NCBI GenBank assembly: GCA_963706325.1
Contig: CAVPLT010000004.1
Span: forward strand, 928,001 to 992,000
DNA: 64,000 nucleotides
From: an uncultured Nitrospiraceae bacterium
GTDB lineage: Bacteria; Nitrospirota; Nitrospiria; Nitrospirales; Nitrospiraceae
Direction: 5' to 3'
The position numbers and the translations under genes were made by a program. The number at the start of each line of letters is the position of its first letter. Position 1 is the first letter of the stretch. Positions 1-11,272 of this stretch are shown one piece after another. The notes beneath the pieces are model-generated. The model searched no databases, was not told the DNA's origin, and saw only the letters and a program-made list of their open reading frames with translations.

Positions 1-211
1 TGGGGCAAGTCTCGATGCGTGACGGCATGGCGAGCATTATACAGATCGGCAGCGGAGCACGCTACCGCGTGAAATGGAACCCTCCGTCGCCGAGGCATGA
101 AATGATTGAATTCAGAAGTCGTGGCTGCCTATAATTCGGCCACTGGAGCAGGTTTTCAGCCTCTCTGATGCGGTGAGGCGCCGGTTTGAATAACGTGCCT
201 GTGAGGGTATC

Positions 212-1741
212 GTGCTAGCGAATGTCTTAAGTGCGGCAATTGTCGGAGTCGACGCGCATCTGGTCGACGTGGAAGTCGACATTTCCTCCGGCCTTCCCCA
301 GTTCTCCATTGTCGGACTTCCTGATGCCACCGTGCGGGAGAGCCGCGATCGAGTCCGCGCCGCGCTCAAAAACAGCGGGTTCCACTTTCCGGTGAAGAAG
401 ATTACGGTGAATCTGGCGCCCGCGAATATCAAGAAAGAAGGCGCAGGTCTGGATTTGGCCATCGCGCTTGGCATCCTAGCGGCGGAGGAAATCATTCCTA
501 CCGACGCGATTAAGGGTCATGTGTGTGTGGGAGAATTGTCCCTCGATGGCCGATTGAAGTCGATTCCGGGCGCACTCTCCATCGGCGTCGTTTGTCGTCA
601 TCGTCATCGCGTGCTGATTTCAGCGGAGAACGCGGAGGAAGCGGCCCTTGTGGAAGGCACGGAAGTCTTTCCTATTCACACGTTGCCGGAGGCAGTGGAA
701 TTCTTACGGGGCGCCCAGGCCATCGCTCCGATGGTGGTAGTGCGCAATGGCAAGTTCTCAGCCGGAGCTGTCGAGGATGAGGACTTTGCCGATGTGAAGG
801 GACAAGCCCACGCGAAGCGGGCGTTGGAGGTGGCGGCCGCCGGAGGCCACAACCTTCTCATGGTGGGCCCGCCCGGCGCCGGCAAGACGATGCTGGCGCG
901 GCGGCTTCCAGGAATTCTTCCATTATTGGTTCAAGATGAGGCGCTGGAAACCACCCGTATCCATAGCGTGGTCAGACAACTGTCGCAGGGGCAGCCGCTG
1001 ATGTATCGTCGTCCGTTTCGCGCTCCGCACCACAGCATTTCTGAAGCCGGCCTCATCGGTGGCGGATCGACACCCCGACCCGGGGAGGTTTCTCTGGCGC
1101 ACAATGGAGTATTATTTTTGGATGAGGCTGGGGAATTCGGTCGTGCGACGCTTGACGGTTTGCGGCAACCGCTCGAGGACGGCCATGTCACTGTGACACG
1201 CGCCAGCGGCTCTTTGCGATTTCCTGCGCGGTTCATGCTCGTGGCCGCGATGAATCCCTGTCCCTGTGGCTATTATGGCGACCGCACCAAGGACTGTGTC
1301 TGTAGCGCTGCTCAAGTCAGACGGTATCGAAGCCGGCTGTCCGGGCCCTTGTTGGATAGACTGGATCTGCAAATTGAGGTACCGGCGGTGCCGATCCGCG
1401 CTTTGGGCGACGACCTCCCGGCCACCGATTCGTCCGCGGCGATTAGAGCTCGTGTCCTGAATGCGCGGTCTTGTCAGGCAGCACGCTATCACGACGATGG
1501 AATTTATACCAATGCGCAATTGAAACCGCGCCATCTGAAGCAGTATTGTGCATTAGATCTCGCGGGGCGAGAATTGTTAGAGCAGGCCATGACGCGTCTG
1601 GGACTTTCAGCCCGTGCTCATGGAAGAATCCTCCGAGTCGCCAGAACTGTTGCCGATCTGGCTGAGTCTGCTAGTATCGGTCCATCGCATCTGGCTGAGG
1701 CTATTCAATATCGCAGCTTTGATCGACGGGTGGAATGGTGA
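212..1741 (+). CDS. comM: YifB/ComM family Mg-chelatase-like AAA+ ATPase
   Basis: 509 aa. N-terminal VGLPDATVRESRDRV and KITVNLAPA motifs, Walker A GPPGAGKT, FRAPHHS, LFLDE, MNPCPCG, and LSAR...RILRVART near the C-terminus. Confidence 0.93.
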   Translation: MLANVLSAAIVGVDAHLVDVEVDISSGLPQFSIVGLPDATVRESRDRVRAALKNSGFHFPVKKITVNLAPANIKKEGAGLDLAIALGILAAEEIIPTDAIKGHVCVGELSLDGRLKSIPGALSIGVVCRHRHRVLISAENAEEAALVEGTEVFPIHTLPEAVEFLRGAQAIAPMVVVRNGKFSAGAVEDEDFADVKGQAHAKRALEVAAAGGHNLLMVGPPGAGKTMLARRLPGILPLLVQDEALETTRIHSVVRQLSQGQPLMYRRPFRAPHHSISEAGLIGGGSTPRPGEVSLAHNGVLFLDEAGEFGRATLDGLRQPLEDGHVTVTRASGSLRFPARFMLVAAMNPCPCGYYGDRTKDCVCSAAQVRRYRSRLSGPLLDRLDLQIEVPAVPIRALGDDLPATDSSAAIRARVLNARSCQAARYHDDGIYTNAQLKPRHLKQYCALDLAGRELLEQAMTRLGLSARAHGRILRVARTVADLAESASIGPSHLAEAIQYRSFDRRVEW

Positions 1742-1968
1742 AGGAAACTGCCGTGCTCCGTACGGTACGAGTCTTTGCTTGGTGGTTCATCGTGGGTGCT
1801 ACCATGGCGCTGGCGGTGATTCTCTTGCAGGGAGGGATCCGCGAGGCGATGCAGGCACAAGGCTCCGTGTGGGAATTGAAACTGGTGGAGCTGTTGACGA
1901 CTGTTTTGGGCGGTGGGTTGTTGGGCGGATGTATCGCCTTGATCCTGGATCGCATCAAAAAATCATAA
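1735..1968 (+). CDS. small hypothetical membrane protein (2 TM)
   Basis: 77 aa with two hydrophobic segments. Its start overlaps the comM stop, suggesting translational coupling. Confidence 0.65.
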   Translation: MVKETAVLRTVRVFAWWFIVGATMALAVILLQGGIREAMQAQGSVWELKLVELLTTVLGGGLLGGCIALILDRIKKS

Positions 1969-2012
1969 ACGGGCACCTCGGGGGGTTCGCGCAGCATAAG
2001 GAGCAGCAGGCA

Positions 2013-2438
2013 ATGGATATTGAAGTCGGCTCGAATCTGTACCGAAATTCAAACGGCATCATCGATATCGAAGGGGTGCCGCAATTCGAAGTGGCCATTA
2101 AGGAGTCGACGCGGGCGCTGCTTGTAAACTTCGCGCTGTTCGACCACGTGGGACGGATGATGGCGAAAGTGGTCGACAGCAATCTGACCTTCAATGAACG
2201 ACGGGCCTATCAGCTCGCGAAAAGCCCAACGAGCGTCTCGTTGAAACATGAGGAGTCGGGGACAGTCGTGTTTACGCTGGAACTGCGTGAGGGCAATCGG
2301 GTGGTCTTCAGCCGAGGGACCTTCCACACCATCAAGGGTCACCAGCTTGATGTGTCTCAGACCGAGTGGCGCATCGATAAGAAGCACTTCAGCGGCAAGG
2401 AAGCCGATATGCAGGGAGGTTCAGTGTTCCTGGGATAG
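2013..2438 (+). CDS. hypothetical beta-rich protein
   Basis: In-frame ATG at 2013 (MDIEVGSNLY...) preceded by AAGGAG. The longer ORF call from 1614 overlaps two other genes. Confidence 0.7.
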   Translation: MDIEVGSNLYRNSNGIIDIEGVPQFEVAIKESTRALLVNFALFDHVGRMMAKVVDSNLTFNERRAYQLAKSPTSVSLKHEESGTVVFTLELREGNRVVFSRGTFHTIKGHQLDVSQTEWRIDKKHFSGKEADMQGGSVFLG

Positions 2439-2492
2439 CGGCACAGCTCTGCCGAAGTACTCTCGCTACCGGACCCATGCTTCGGCAATCCC

Positions 2493-5087
2493 TTATGGCG
2501 CAACCGTGGGGACGATGATGATCTGGCCGTCTATCAAATCAACCATTGCCGTATCGCCGTCCCGCAGCTCGCCCTTGATTAATTGGCGGGCCATTGGGGT
2601 TTCAATCTCCTGCTGAATGAGCCGCTTCAACGGTCTGGCTCCATAGACCGGGTCATAGCCACGCTGGCCAAGATTTGCCAAAGCCGCCGGTGTCACCGTC
2701 AATGTAATCCGTCGCTCCGCCAACCGAGTGCGCAACCGCTCCAGCTGAATCTCGACAATTCGCGTCAAATGTTCCTGCCCCAGGGCGTGGAAGACGACGA
2801 TTTCATCCACTCGGTTCAAGAATTCAGGCCTGAAATGAGCCCGCAATTCGCCGGTGACTTGCGCTTTCATGGTTTCGTAGGAGGCGCCGGCCTGTTGGGC
2901 TTCGAGGATATGCTGACTGCCGATGTTCGAGGTCATGATCAGCACGGTGTTTTTGAAATCCACCGTGCGACCTTGCGAATCGGTGAGCCGTCCGTCATCG
3001 AGTACTTGCAAGAGGATATTGAAGACATCGTGATGCGCCTTTTCAATTTCGTCGAAGAGGATGACGGAGAAGGGGTGTCGCCGTACCGCTTCAGTGAGCT
3101 GACCGCCCTCTTCGTAGCCCACATAGCCGGGAGGGGCGCCGATCAGGCGAGCCACCGTGTGCTTCTCCATATATTCCGACATGTCGATGCGGATGAGATT
3201 GGACTCATCATCGAACAGCGTGGCCGAAAGCGCACGCGCCAGTTCCGTCTTGCCGACCCCTGTCGGCCCCAGGAACAAAAACGAGCCGATCGGTCGATTG
3301 GGATCTTTGATGCCTGACCGCGCCCGTAAGACGGCGTCAGCTACCGCTGTCACGGCCTGTTCCTGACCCACGACACGCGTGTGGAGGAGTTCGTCCAGCT
3401 TCAGCAGTTTTTCCATTTCACCTTCGACCAGACGGGTGACAGGAATGCCGGTCCACCGGCTGACGACGCCCGCAATATCTTCTTCGTCAACTTCTTCTTT
3501 CAACAGCCGCGTCTCGTTTTGCTTTTTGCCGAGGGACTGCTGTTCGAGTTCTAGTTCCCGCTCGAGTCGGGGAAGTTCGCCGTAGCGCAGTTCGGCGACT
3601 TTGTTCAGGTCGTACGCGCGTTCGGACCGCTCAATCATCTGTTTCACTTCTTCTATGTGCTGACGGATCTTTCTCAGCTTGCTCACCGAATTCTTCTCGG
3701 ATTCCCAACGAGTCTTCAAAGCCCCAAGATCGCGATTCTTCTCGGTCAATTCTCTTTCGATAGATTGCAGGCGCGCCTTGCTGCCCGCGTCCGTTTCCTT
3801 TTTGAGCGCTTCACGCTCGATTTCCAGTTGGAGCACTTTGCGTGAGACTTCATCGAGTTCGGCCGGCAAGCTATCGATCTCGGTTCGAAGGCGCGCGGCC
3901 GATTCGTCGACCAGATCGATCGCCTTGTCCGGCAGAAACCGATCGCCGATATACCGATTCGACAGCTTGGCCGCCGCCACAAGGGCGGCGTCCTTGATGC
4001 GGACGCCGTGGTGCACTTCGTAGCGCTCCTTCAAGCCGCGCAAGATTGAAATGGTGTCTTCCACGGAAGGCTGGTCCACAAGAACCGTTTGAAAGCGGCG
4101 TTCCAACGCCGCGTCTTTTTCGATATGTTTCCGATACTCGTCCAGAGTGGTGGCGCCGATTAGATGCATTTCACCTCGCGCCAGCATGGGCTTGAGCAGA
4201 TTGGCAGCATCCATGGCGCCTTCTGCTGCTCCAGCTCCGACGACCGTATGAAGTTCATCGATAAACAGCAGGACCTGGCCTTGCGCGGACTGAACTTCCT
4301 TGAGCACGGCTTTCAAGCGCTCCTCAAATTCACCCCGAAACTTCGCGCCGGCTACCAGCGCCCCCATATCGAGCACCACAACGCGCTTTTGCTTGAGTCC
4401 TTCCGGCACATCCCCTTTGACGATACGTTGCGCCAGACCCTCGACGATCGCCGTCTTGCCGACACCAGGTTCACCGATCAGGACGGGGTTGTTCTTGGTG
4501 CGTCGTGACAGAATCTGGATGGTCCGCCGGATCTCCTCGTCGCGACCGATGACTGGATCGAGCTTGCCCTGTCCGGCCAGCTTCGTGAGATCACGACCGT
4601 ATTTTTCGAGCGCCTGATACGTTCCTTCGGGATCTTGGCTCGTGACTCGTTGATTACCTCGGACCTGCTGCAACGCTGTGAGGACGCGCTCTCGGGTGAG
4701 GTTGAGCCGGCGAAACACACCGCCTTCTTCCACCATAGCCAGGATGATGTGTTCGACACTGAGAAATTCGTCACGTAACTCCTTCATCTGTTCTTCGGCT
4801 TTGGTGAGGAGGGCACTTAAGCGGGGAGTCAAGTGGATTTGCCCTGGCGCGGCGCCAGGGCCTTGCACTTGAGCCACTTTGGCGAGAGCTTGGTCGGCGG
4901 CTTGACGCACGGCACCCGGAGATACGCCCGCCTGCTCGAATAACGATCCCGCGATACCGCTCTCCTGTTCCAGCAGGGCCACGAGGAGGTGCTCGACATC
5001 AATGCCCTGGTGCCCGCGGCGCATGGCGAGGGCTGATGCGCTCTGCAGAGCCTCTTGAAGCTTGACGGTCATGCGGTTCATATCCAT
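2493..5087 (-). CDS. clpB: ATP-dependent chaperone/disaggregase ClpB
   Basis: 864 aa. Clp N-domain, NBD1 GEPGVGKT, coiled-coil middle domain (AELRYG), NBD2 [19 protein letters not shown] and GARPLKR. Confidence 0.98.
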   Translation of the reverse strand: MDMNRMTVKLQEALQSASALAMRRGHQGIDVEHLLVALLEQESGIAGSLFEQAGVSPGAVRQAADQALAKVAQVQGPGAAPGQIHLTPRLSALLTKAEEQMKELRDEFLSVEHIILAMVEEGGVFRRLNLTRERVLTALQQVRGNQRVTSQDPEGTYQALEKYGRDLTKLAGQGKLDPVIGRDEEIRRTIQILSRRTKNNPVLIGEPGVGKTAIVEGLAQRIVKGDVPEGLKQKRVVVLDMGALVAGAKFRGEFEERLKAVLKEVQSAQGQVLLFIDELHTVVGAGAAEGAMDAANLLKPMLARGEMHLIGATTLDEYRKHIEKDAALERRFQTVLVDQPSVEDTISILRGLKERYEVHHGVRIKDAALVAAAKLSNRYIGDRFLPDKAIDLVDESAARLRTEIDSLPAELDEVSRKVLQLEIEREALKKETDAGSKARLQSIERELTEKNRDLGALKTRWESEKNSVSKLRKIRQHIEEVKQMIERSERAYDLNKVAELRYGELPRLERELELEQQSLGKKQNETRLLKEEVDEEDIAGVVSRWTGIPVTRLVEGEMEKLLKLDELLHTRVVGQEQAVTAVADAVLRARSGIKDPNRPIGSFLFLGPTGVGKTELARALSATLFDDESNLIRIDMSEYMEKHTVARLIGAPPGYVGYEEGGQLTEAVRRHPFSVILFDEIEKAHHDVFNILLQVLDDGRLTDSQGRTVDFKNTVLIMTSNIGSQHILEAQQAGASYETMKAQVTGELRAHFRPEFLNRVDEIVVFHALGQEHLTRIVEIQLERLRTRLAERRITLTVTPAALANLGQRGYDPVYGARPLKRLIQQEIETPMARQLIKGELRDGDTAMVDLIDGQIIIVPTVAP

Positions 5088-5303
5088 GTGGCTCTCTCCT
5101 GGATGGAAGCATCTATCTATGACAGGTACATAATCACAACGACTAGCAAGTCAATAGCGTGTGTCGCATCACGTCTTGCTATTCGGTCCGAGGCAGAGTG
5201 ACGCCATGCGGACTTGACCTCCCAGGGTGATCCAGATTATGGTCCGCCTCCGAATAGTAAGCACCCGAGGTGAAAGCCAAGGCCCTCCGCGCCGTAGTCT
5301 CTG

Positions 5304-6134
5304 TTGCGACCGGTATTAATGTCATTGCTCACATCTACAGCGCACCTCTATCGTGACGCGATTCGTGCGACCGGCCGTTCCATCATGCGTGGCTGGGTGA
5401 TTATTCTCGCTGTCATCGTTTTCACGCTGATCATGTGGTTTGCCGGCACGGTGGCCCGACCACTAGGCATGGTTGGTGGGTTCATCATGGGTGCGGTGAA
5501 TGCACTCCTGATCGGTGCAACCCTGAGCTTGATCGCACAAGCGATTCAGGGTTTGCGAGGAATTACGGTCCGTGATGTCCTCGATAGTATGGGACATTAT
5601 TTTTGGGATGTGATCAGTGTAGGTTTCGTGCTGTGGATTCCCACCATGCTCCTGGACACAAGTCTGCAAGCGAATCCAAATAGCCAATTTTTGGTGACCG
5701 CCTGTCTGTTGTTGATCTTTATTCTGCTCAATCCCGCCCCGGAAGTCATCTACCTGACACGGCATGACTCGCCCCTTGATGTGTTAAAGCGCAGCTATGA
5801 TTTTGTGCTTGAGAACTGGATCGAATGGTTCCTACCCATGGCAGTGATCCTCGCTCCCCTAGGCCTTTCCTTGTTCTTTCAATTATCGAGTCGATTGGGG
5901 CGCGGAGCTGGGCTTGATTTTATTCAGCTGCTCCTTGTGCCTTTTACGGTGCTGACGAGTTGGCTGACCGACCTGGGAATTTCTGAGGGACTCACAGGAA
6001 GCATGGCGCTGGTGCTTACGCCGCCGCTCACGGTCGGTATGCTCCTGTTCCGCGGCCATTTGTTTGTCGCTTTATCCGCTACATCAAGGCGGCAGCGGTT
6101 GTATCAGTCGCAATTTCACGATTCCGCGCGCTGA
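5304..6134 (+). CDS. hypothetical multi-pass membrane protein
   Basis: About 270 aa with roughly six hydrophobic helices, divergent from clpB. Exact start is uncertain. Confidence 0.75.
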   Translation: MRPVLMSLLTSTAHLYRDAIRATGRSIMRGWVIILAVIVFTLIMWFAGTVARPLGMVGGFIMGAVNALLIGATLSLIAQAIQGLRGITVRDVLDSMGHYFWDVISVGFVLWIPTMLLDTSLQANPNSQFLVTACLLLIFILLNPAPEVIYLTRHDSPLDVLKRSYDFVLENWIEWFLPMAVILAPLGLSLFFQLSSRLGRGAGLDFIQLLLVPFTVLTSWLTDLGISEGLTGSMALVLTPPLTVGMLLFRGHLFVALSATSRRQRLYQSQFHDSAR

Positions 6135-6267
6135 GCCATCTCAGAGTGTTTGCTCACCACTCCGCAATTCGCATGAACTTTGGAACTTGTTGAGGCGATG
6201 CGCATAGTAGTGTATGGCTTAACCTACAGCAACCGCTCTGAATCATGCGCGTTTTTTAATAGGGAGG

Positions 6268-7749
6268 ATGCGCATCGTGCGCCTCTCCATTTTTTGGCGA
6301 CTCATTCTGACATATCTTGTCATCATTGGGGTGATGACGGCCGTCAATCTCTACGCATTATGGCAAATTCGGACATTGGCTGGGCTGAATACCGAAGTCG
6401 GCTCTCATCACCATCCCGAGATTGCCGCGGCTAAGCGGTTGCTCAACTCGTTCTATGAGCAAATACAAAGTGAGAGAAAGTATATGGCCGTCCAAGCGGC
6501 GACCTTTCTTGAACACTTTGACGAGGAAAGCAAAGAGTTTCAGCAGGTCTTGCACAGTTTACTCATACGCGACGCGCCCGAGCCGGAGACGAGATTGATC
6601 AAGGAAGTGGCGCGCCTTCAGCAGGCGCATGTGGCCCTATTTCACACACAGTTATCGCAAGCCCCAGCCCAGCAGTGGAAATTTGGGGAGGACTTTGATG
6701 AGAGACGCAATGCCCTTGCCGGTAGGATCTCGTCAACGTTGCGGGAATTCATCGGACTACATGAAGCCCGTATTGCGGTCGGAGTCGACGAGTCACGAGC
6801 CAGCTCCGTTCATGCAGAGTCCGTCACGCGGCAGCTAGTGCTGGTCGCACTCGTGTTCGGACTCGGTTTGGCGGCGGTCGCAAGTTACAATATCCTCCGA
6901 CCCCTGCGTCGGCTGCAAACGGTAATTAAGGAAATGGGTCAGGGAAACTTTCGGGCGTCATTGGATAGCCGGGCACCGCGCGAACTTCGAGAGTTGGGTG
7001 ACACCGTGAAATGGATGGGGACCAAACTTGAGGAGCTTGACGATATCAAGAGCGAGTTTCTTGCCCATGTGTCTCATGAACTTCGCACGCCGATGGCTTC
7101 TATCCAGGAGGGAACTCACCTCCTGCTCGATGAAATTCCAGGCCCCCTGACTCAGGACCAGCGGACGACATTGCGCATCATGTCCGATAGCAGTCGCAGA
7201 TTGATGCACCTCATTTCGACGATCTTGGATCTATCGAAGATGGAGGCGGGCATGATGGAATATCATTTTGCGCCGACAGAACTTAAGCGGGTTGCCGAGC
7301 TATCGGTCAACAAGATTCGGTTATTGGCGGATGCCAAACACGTGCAATTTCTGATTGACGCGCCAGTAGAACAGTATTGGGTTCGAGCAGATAGTTCAAG
7401 GATTGAGCAGGTACTGGACAATCTTTTGTCGAATGCGTTGAAGTATAGCAAGGATGGAGCCATGGTGAGGCTACACATGACGCCGGCCCACGACGAAGGG
7501 TTGCTGTTTGTCGCAGTCAGGGATTCAGGACCTGGCATACCGGCGGTCGAGCTTCCTCATATTTTTGAGCGATTTTATCAAGGCTGCATCAAGACGAAAC
7601 ATGCCTCTGTCGGCAGTGGGCTCGGGCTCGCCCTTGCAAAAAAAGTAGTGGAGGCCCATGGTGGCCGCATCTGGGTTGAGAGCGAAGTGGGGAAAGGAAC
7701 GACGGTGCGGTTTATTCTCAGTCTGACGAAAAGCGGAGTGTTGGTGTGA
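6268..7749 (+). CDS. HAMP-domain sensor histidine kinase, GlrK/QseE-like
   Basis: Two TM segments around a periplasmic domain, HAMP, H-box SHELRTP, N-box NLLSNALKY and G-boxes DSGPG and GSGLGL. GGGAGG precedes the start. Confidence 0.9.
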   Translation: MRIVRLSIFWRLILTYLVIIGVMTAVNLYALWQIRTLAGLNTEVGSHHHPEIAAAKRLLNSFYEQIQSERKYMAVQAATFLEHFDEESKEFQQVLHSLLIRDAPEPETRLIKEVARLQQAHVALFHTQLSQAPAQQWKFGEDFDERRNALAGRISSTLREFIGLHEARIAVGVDESRASSVHAESVTRQLVLVALVFGLGLAAVASYNILRPLRRLQTVIKEMGQGNFRASLDSRAPRELRELGDTVKWMGTKLEELDDIKSEFLAHVSHELRTPMASIQEGTHLLLDEIPGPLTQDQRTTLRIMSDSSRRLMHLISTILDLSKMEAGMMEYHFAPTELKRVAELSVNKIRLLADAKHVQFLIDAPVEQYWVRADSSRIEQVLDNLLSNALKYSKDGAMVRLHMTPAHDEGLLFVAVRDSGPGIPAVELPHIFERFYQGCIKTKHASVGSGLGLALAKKVVEAHGGRIWVESEVGKGTTVRFILSLTKSGVLV

Positions 7750-8519
7750 TGCAACCTCTGGGAAGAGTAGGAATACTGCTTGCGCTGGCACTTTTAGAGG
7801 CGTGCACCACTCTTCCTGCTCCATCTTTTCAAGCTCCGTATTTCTCTTCTGGGGCCGATGCCACTAAGGTTTTGCAGGGGGTGATACGTAAGGAAAGCCA
7901 GCTAGCGGTTAAATGTGCTGGCAAGCCCACTTGTGATCATGTATTCTTCACCCGCGCTTTGGCAGCCTTGTATGAAAGTCGAGAGTCGGCTATTCACTAT
8001 TTTGAAAAGGTTATCGTTGTTGCTCCGAAAGGTCAGCTTGCTGTGTCAAGCCGACTCTGGTTGCAACTGTTGCACGCTGGTGATGTGCCTGCGGATCAAT
8101 CTTGGTTCCAAGCAATTTTGACAGGTCCCGCGACGGCCCGCACGCAAGCGCTTCTTTCGCAGACGGTCGAACAGACGGTCCACGACTTGCTCGATCGCGA
8201 GAGAACGATTCAGCAGTTGCGTGCCATGCAAGACAGTGAGGCTCAATCCATTGAGGCGCTGCAGCGCGACCTCCAAGATCAAGAGAGGAAGGCTGAACTT
8301 TTCAACTCCAGACGGGAGGGCCCGCGGATGTCGATCGAGCCTGTCACGCTACAGAACTTACAGCGACAACTCAGTGACCGCGATAAAAGGATCGAAGAGC
8401 TCGCGAGTCAGCTGGAAGCCCTCAAGCGTATTGATCAGGAAATGAGGGTTAAGACTCGTCCGATCAAACCTCCGTCTAATCTGATTCCTCCGCAATCCTC
8501 GGAATCACTTAAACCTTAA
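7746..8519 (+). CDS. lipoprotein with coiled coil, positional equivalent of QseG
   Basis: Lipobox-like LLEAC, a TPR-like helical region and a C-terminal coiled coil. It sits between the kinase and the sigma-54 regulator, as qseG does in glrK-qseG-glrR. Confidence 0.65.
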   Translation: MMQPLGRVGILLALALLEACTTLPAPSFQAPYFSSGADATKVLQGVIRKESQLAVKCAGKPTCDHVFFTRALAALYESRESAIHYFEKVIVVAPKGQLAVSSRLWLQLLHAGDVPADQSWFQAILTGPATARTQALLSQTVEQTVHDLLDRERTIQQLRAMQDSEAQSIEALQRDLQDQERKAELFNSRREGPRMSIEPVTLQNLQRQLSDRDKRIEELASQLEALKRIDQEMRVKTRPIKPPSNLIPPQSSESLKP

Positions 8520-8527
8520 GGATCGTC

Positions 8528-9940
8528 ATGGAGCAAGAACGCATTCTCGTTGTGGACGATGACGAAGGATTATTGCATCTTCTGAAAATGCGGCTGTCGG
8601 CGATGGGATTCTCAGTGACACCCTGCACTGAGGGACATGATGCGATCATGGCTGCCCGCCAAGAATCGTTTGATATCGCAATCACTGATTTGCGGTTGAG
8701 GGCTGAGGACGGGCTGGTATTGACCGAAGAACTCCTACAAATTCAGCCCGGACTACCGGTTATTATCCTCACGGCGCATGGGAGTATTCCTAATGCAGTG
8801 GAGGCCATGCAACGCGGGGCCTTTGGCTATTTGACTAAACCATTTGATGACAAAGAGTTGAAAGCCACCATTGATAAGGCATTGATTCAGCTTCGTATGA
8901 CCCGCGAGATCCGGCGGTTGAAATCATTGGTAAAGGAGCTGTACGGCCTTGAAAACGTCGTTGCAAGAAGTCCGGCTATGCAACGATTGTTTCAGCAGGT
9001 GGCTCAGATTGCCGATTCGGATGCCACCATTCTTCTGACGGGAGAAACGGGAACAGGCAAAGAAGTATTGGCTCGTGTGCTCCATGCAAATAGCCGTCGA
9101 TCGAAAGGGCCTTTTGTCGCGTTAAACTGTGGCGCAATCAGCGAGACTCTTTTTGAAAGTGAGTTATTCGGCCACATTCGTGGCGCATTTACGAGCGCCG
9201 TGATAGCGAAGCAAGGGCTCTTCCAAAGTGCGAACGGAGGAACTCTTTTTCTCGACGAAATCGCAGAAATGTCCTTGCCGATGCAGGTCAAACTGCTTCG
9301 CGCCGTACAGGAGCGAGAAGTGCGCCAGGTCGGTGCCGACTATACGACCAAAGTAGATGCGCGGATCATTACTGCCACCAACAAGGATCTTGCGGATTGT
9401 GTGAAGGCGGGGACATTCCGTCATGACCTCTACTATCGCGTCTCCGTCGTTCCCCTTGCCATTCCTCCATTGCGTGAACGCAGGGACGACATTCCACTTC
9501 TTGCGCAACATTTCCTAAAACAAAGTGCAAAACGTTCTAAAAAAGACGTGCGGGGATTTACACCAGCCGCCATGCATCGACTCATGATCTATCCTTGGCC
9601 GGGCAACGTGCGAGAGTTGGAAAACGCCGTCGAAAAGGCCGTGGTAATGTCGCGGCAAGACATGGTATTGCCAGATTTGCTCCCAACGGTCGGAGTCTCC
9701 TCAGACCTGGGATTAAAGCCGTTAACCGAGGCGAAGGAAGAGTTTGAGCGATCCTACTTACGAAACGTGCTTCAGATGACGGGGGGGAACATTTCTCGAG
9801 CAGCTCAATTCGCGGGTCGTTATCGAGCCGATTTTTACAAGATGCTGAAAAAGTATGGCTTACATCCGTCGATGCTGAAGGCACGTGCGGAGGTTGAGGA
9901 CCAGGATTTGGCTGAAGTAGAAGAAGTCAAAGAGATATGA
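8528..9940 (+). CDS. sigma-54-dependent response regulator, GlrR/QseF-like (REC-AAA-HTH)
   Basis: REC domain (VVDDD), GETGTGKE, ESELFGH, GAFTSA (a GAFTGA variant), WPGNVRELEN and a Fis-type HTH (AGRYRADFYKML). Confidence 0.92.
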   Translation: MEQERILVVDDDEGLLHLLKMRLSAMGFSVTPCTEGHDAIMAARQESFDIAITDLRLRAEDGLVLTEELLQIQPGLPVIILTAHGSIPNAVEAMQRGAFGYLTKPFDDKELKATIDKALIQLRMTREIRRLKSLVKELYGLENVVARSPAMQRLFQQVAQIADSDATILLTGETGTGKEVLARVLHANSRRSKGPFVALNCGAISETLFESELFGHIRGAFTSAVIAKQGLFQSANGGTLFLDEIAEMSLPMQVKLLRAVQEREVRQVGADYTTKVDARIITATNKDLADCVKAGTFRHDLYYRVSVVPLAIPPLRERRDDIPLLAQHFLKQSAKRSKKDVRGFTPAAMHRLMIYPWPGNVRELENAVEKAVVMSRQDMVLPDLLPTVGVSSDLGLKPLTEAKEEFERSYLRNVLQMTGGNISRAAQFAGRYRADFYKMLKKYGLHPSMLKARAEVEDQDLAEVEEVKEI

Positions 9941-9955
9941 CTGTGAAAGATACGA

Positions 9956-10294
9956 CTATGAATGAGGATGCGATGTGCACAAATAATGTCTTATAAGACG
10001 CTCCAATTTCTTCGCCGATTCGTGCCGAATCTTTTTTATCTGAACGCCAAAATCTCGTCCACTGACCCATTGTACGATGGCCTGATCGACCTCTAACGGC
10101 CACCTTGCAGCCTGAAGGTCCATTCGCAATGTGAGCAGCATGCCTACCTGAACTTGATGATCTCCTTGAATTCGCCATCCTCCAGAGGAAATATCCCAGA
10201 CCGTACCTTTTCCTAAAAAATCTTCAGAGAGATAGAATCCAGTCCCGCAGAGTGGCACTCGTTGGTAAGTTCGAAGTTTAAAGTGCTTCGGCAT
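9956..10294 (-). CDS. single-domain PilZ protein
   Basis: RxxxR (RTYQR) and DxSxxG (DISSGG) c-di-GMP motifs, plus VQWV...FGVQ. Start assigned to MPKHF at 10294. Confidence 0.8.
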   Translation of the reverse strand: MPKHFKLRTYQRVPLCGTGFYLSEDFLGKGTVWDISSGGWRIQGDHQVQVGMLLTLRMDLQAARWPLEVDQAIVQWVSGRDFGVQIKKIRHESAKKLERLIRHYLCTSHPHS

Positions 10295-10343
10295 GGTCAG
10301 CGATCCCCTAATAAACGACTCAATAGCCGCCTTCGGTATTTCT

Positions 10344-10709
10344 TCACGACCCCATGGCCCCGATGACTTCGTTGCCATTACTCCAGACCGATGCCCTATT
10401 ATGGACAAAGCGCGCTCGCACGAAGTGTTCAATCCGACATTGTTGGTCATGGGTAGTGCGAATAAATTCGAGGCCGACTCGAGTGCCGTTGACCCATCGG
10501 ACAGCGGCTAGGGAGACCTGCAACGGAGTCAGAGCGTCGGGCAAAAATAGTCGCAATTGCACATAATCTCCTTTAAACATTTTCTCGGAACTTTCCAAAA
10601 GACAGCCTGGAAGCGAAATATCGAGAGCTCGCCCTTCACCCATCGCGCTATCGCCGGCAAACATGACCGCGCAGTCTACCTCTATTCGATGACTGTATCT
10701 GGTTTGCAT
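10344..10709 (-). CDS. single-domain PilZ protein
   Basis: RYSHR and DISLPG motifs, AAVRWV...VGLEF. GGAGG precedes the ATG at 10709. Confidence 0.85.
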   Translation of the reverse strand: MQTRYSHRIEVDCAVMFAGDSAMGEGRALDISLPGCLLESSEKMFKGDYVQLRLFLPDALTPLQVSLAAVRWVNGTRVGLEFIRTTHDQQCRIEHFVRARFVHNRASVWSNGNEVIGAMGS

Positions 10710-11272
10710 GGTGCCTCCTTGCTTCCCTGACATCGTTCCAACGAGGGAGCCGTATCAATATAGAGTCCGACAGTATTCTAATAGCGGTCGGAGGCCTAGT
10801 CCCCGAAGTTGGTACCACTTTAGAGGTGCGTGATTGTATCTTCTGTCACAAAGTATATGACGGGTCTCAGCACACGACGGTAAAAGCGGAATAAACGCAA
10901 CTGTGGATTTTGGGGAGTCTTTGCGAAAAAAAGTAAAGCTGTGAAGCAATCTTAATCCTCCTAGGAGTTTGTCGTGTACGACGTTCGCCAGGACGACTCT
11001 GAAACCACATCAGCGAACGTTTCCAGAAGGTCAAGTGCCTACACACCTACTCAGCGTGAAAAAAAGACGCACGCGCATCAACGTTGACCGTACTCCGGCG
11101 GCTTTTGACGGGTGCGGGAATTTAAGCAGCTGGTTGCATTCACCGAGGAGGTAAGACTCTGATGAACGAGATTCTCTATGTGGAAAACTCGCTCCTTATT
11201 CTCAAATCGCGCAAATGGCTTGCGAGAATAGGTTACTTCTGTGGTAGCGTGAACAGGCTAGGTGACAGATGC

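Noticed and set aside
1614..2012. Long N-terminus of ORF 1614-2438
   Set aside because: It overlaps comM and the 77-aa gene, and a better start with an SD exists at 2013.
5088..5303. CIRCE/HrcA operator upstream of clpB
   Set aside because: No TTAGCACTC-N9-GAGTGCTAA-like inverted repeat is present.
10805..10865. Sigma-54 promoter or GlrR-type TGTC-N10-GACA site upstream of the PilZ genes
   Set aside because: The best candidates fail: TGGTAC...TTCG lacks the -12 GC, and TGTC-N11-GACG has the wrong spacing and end.
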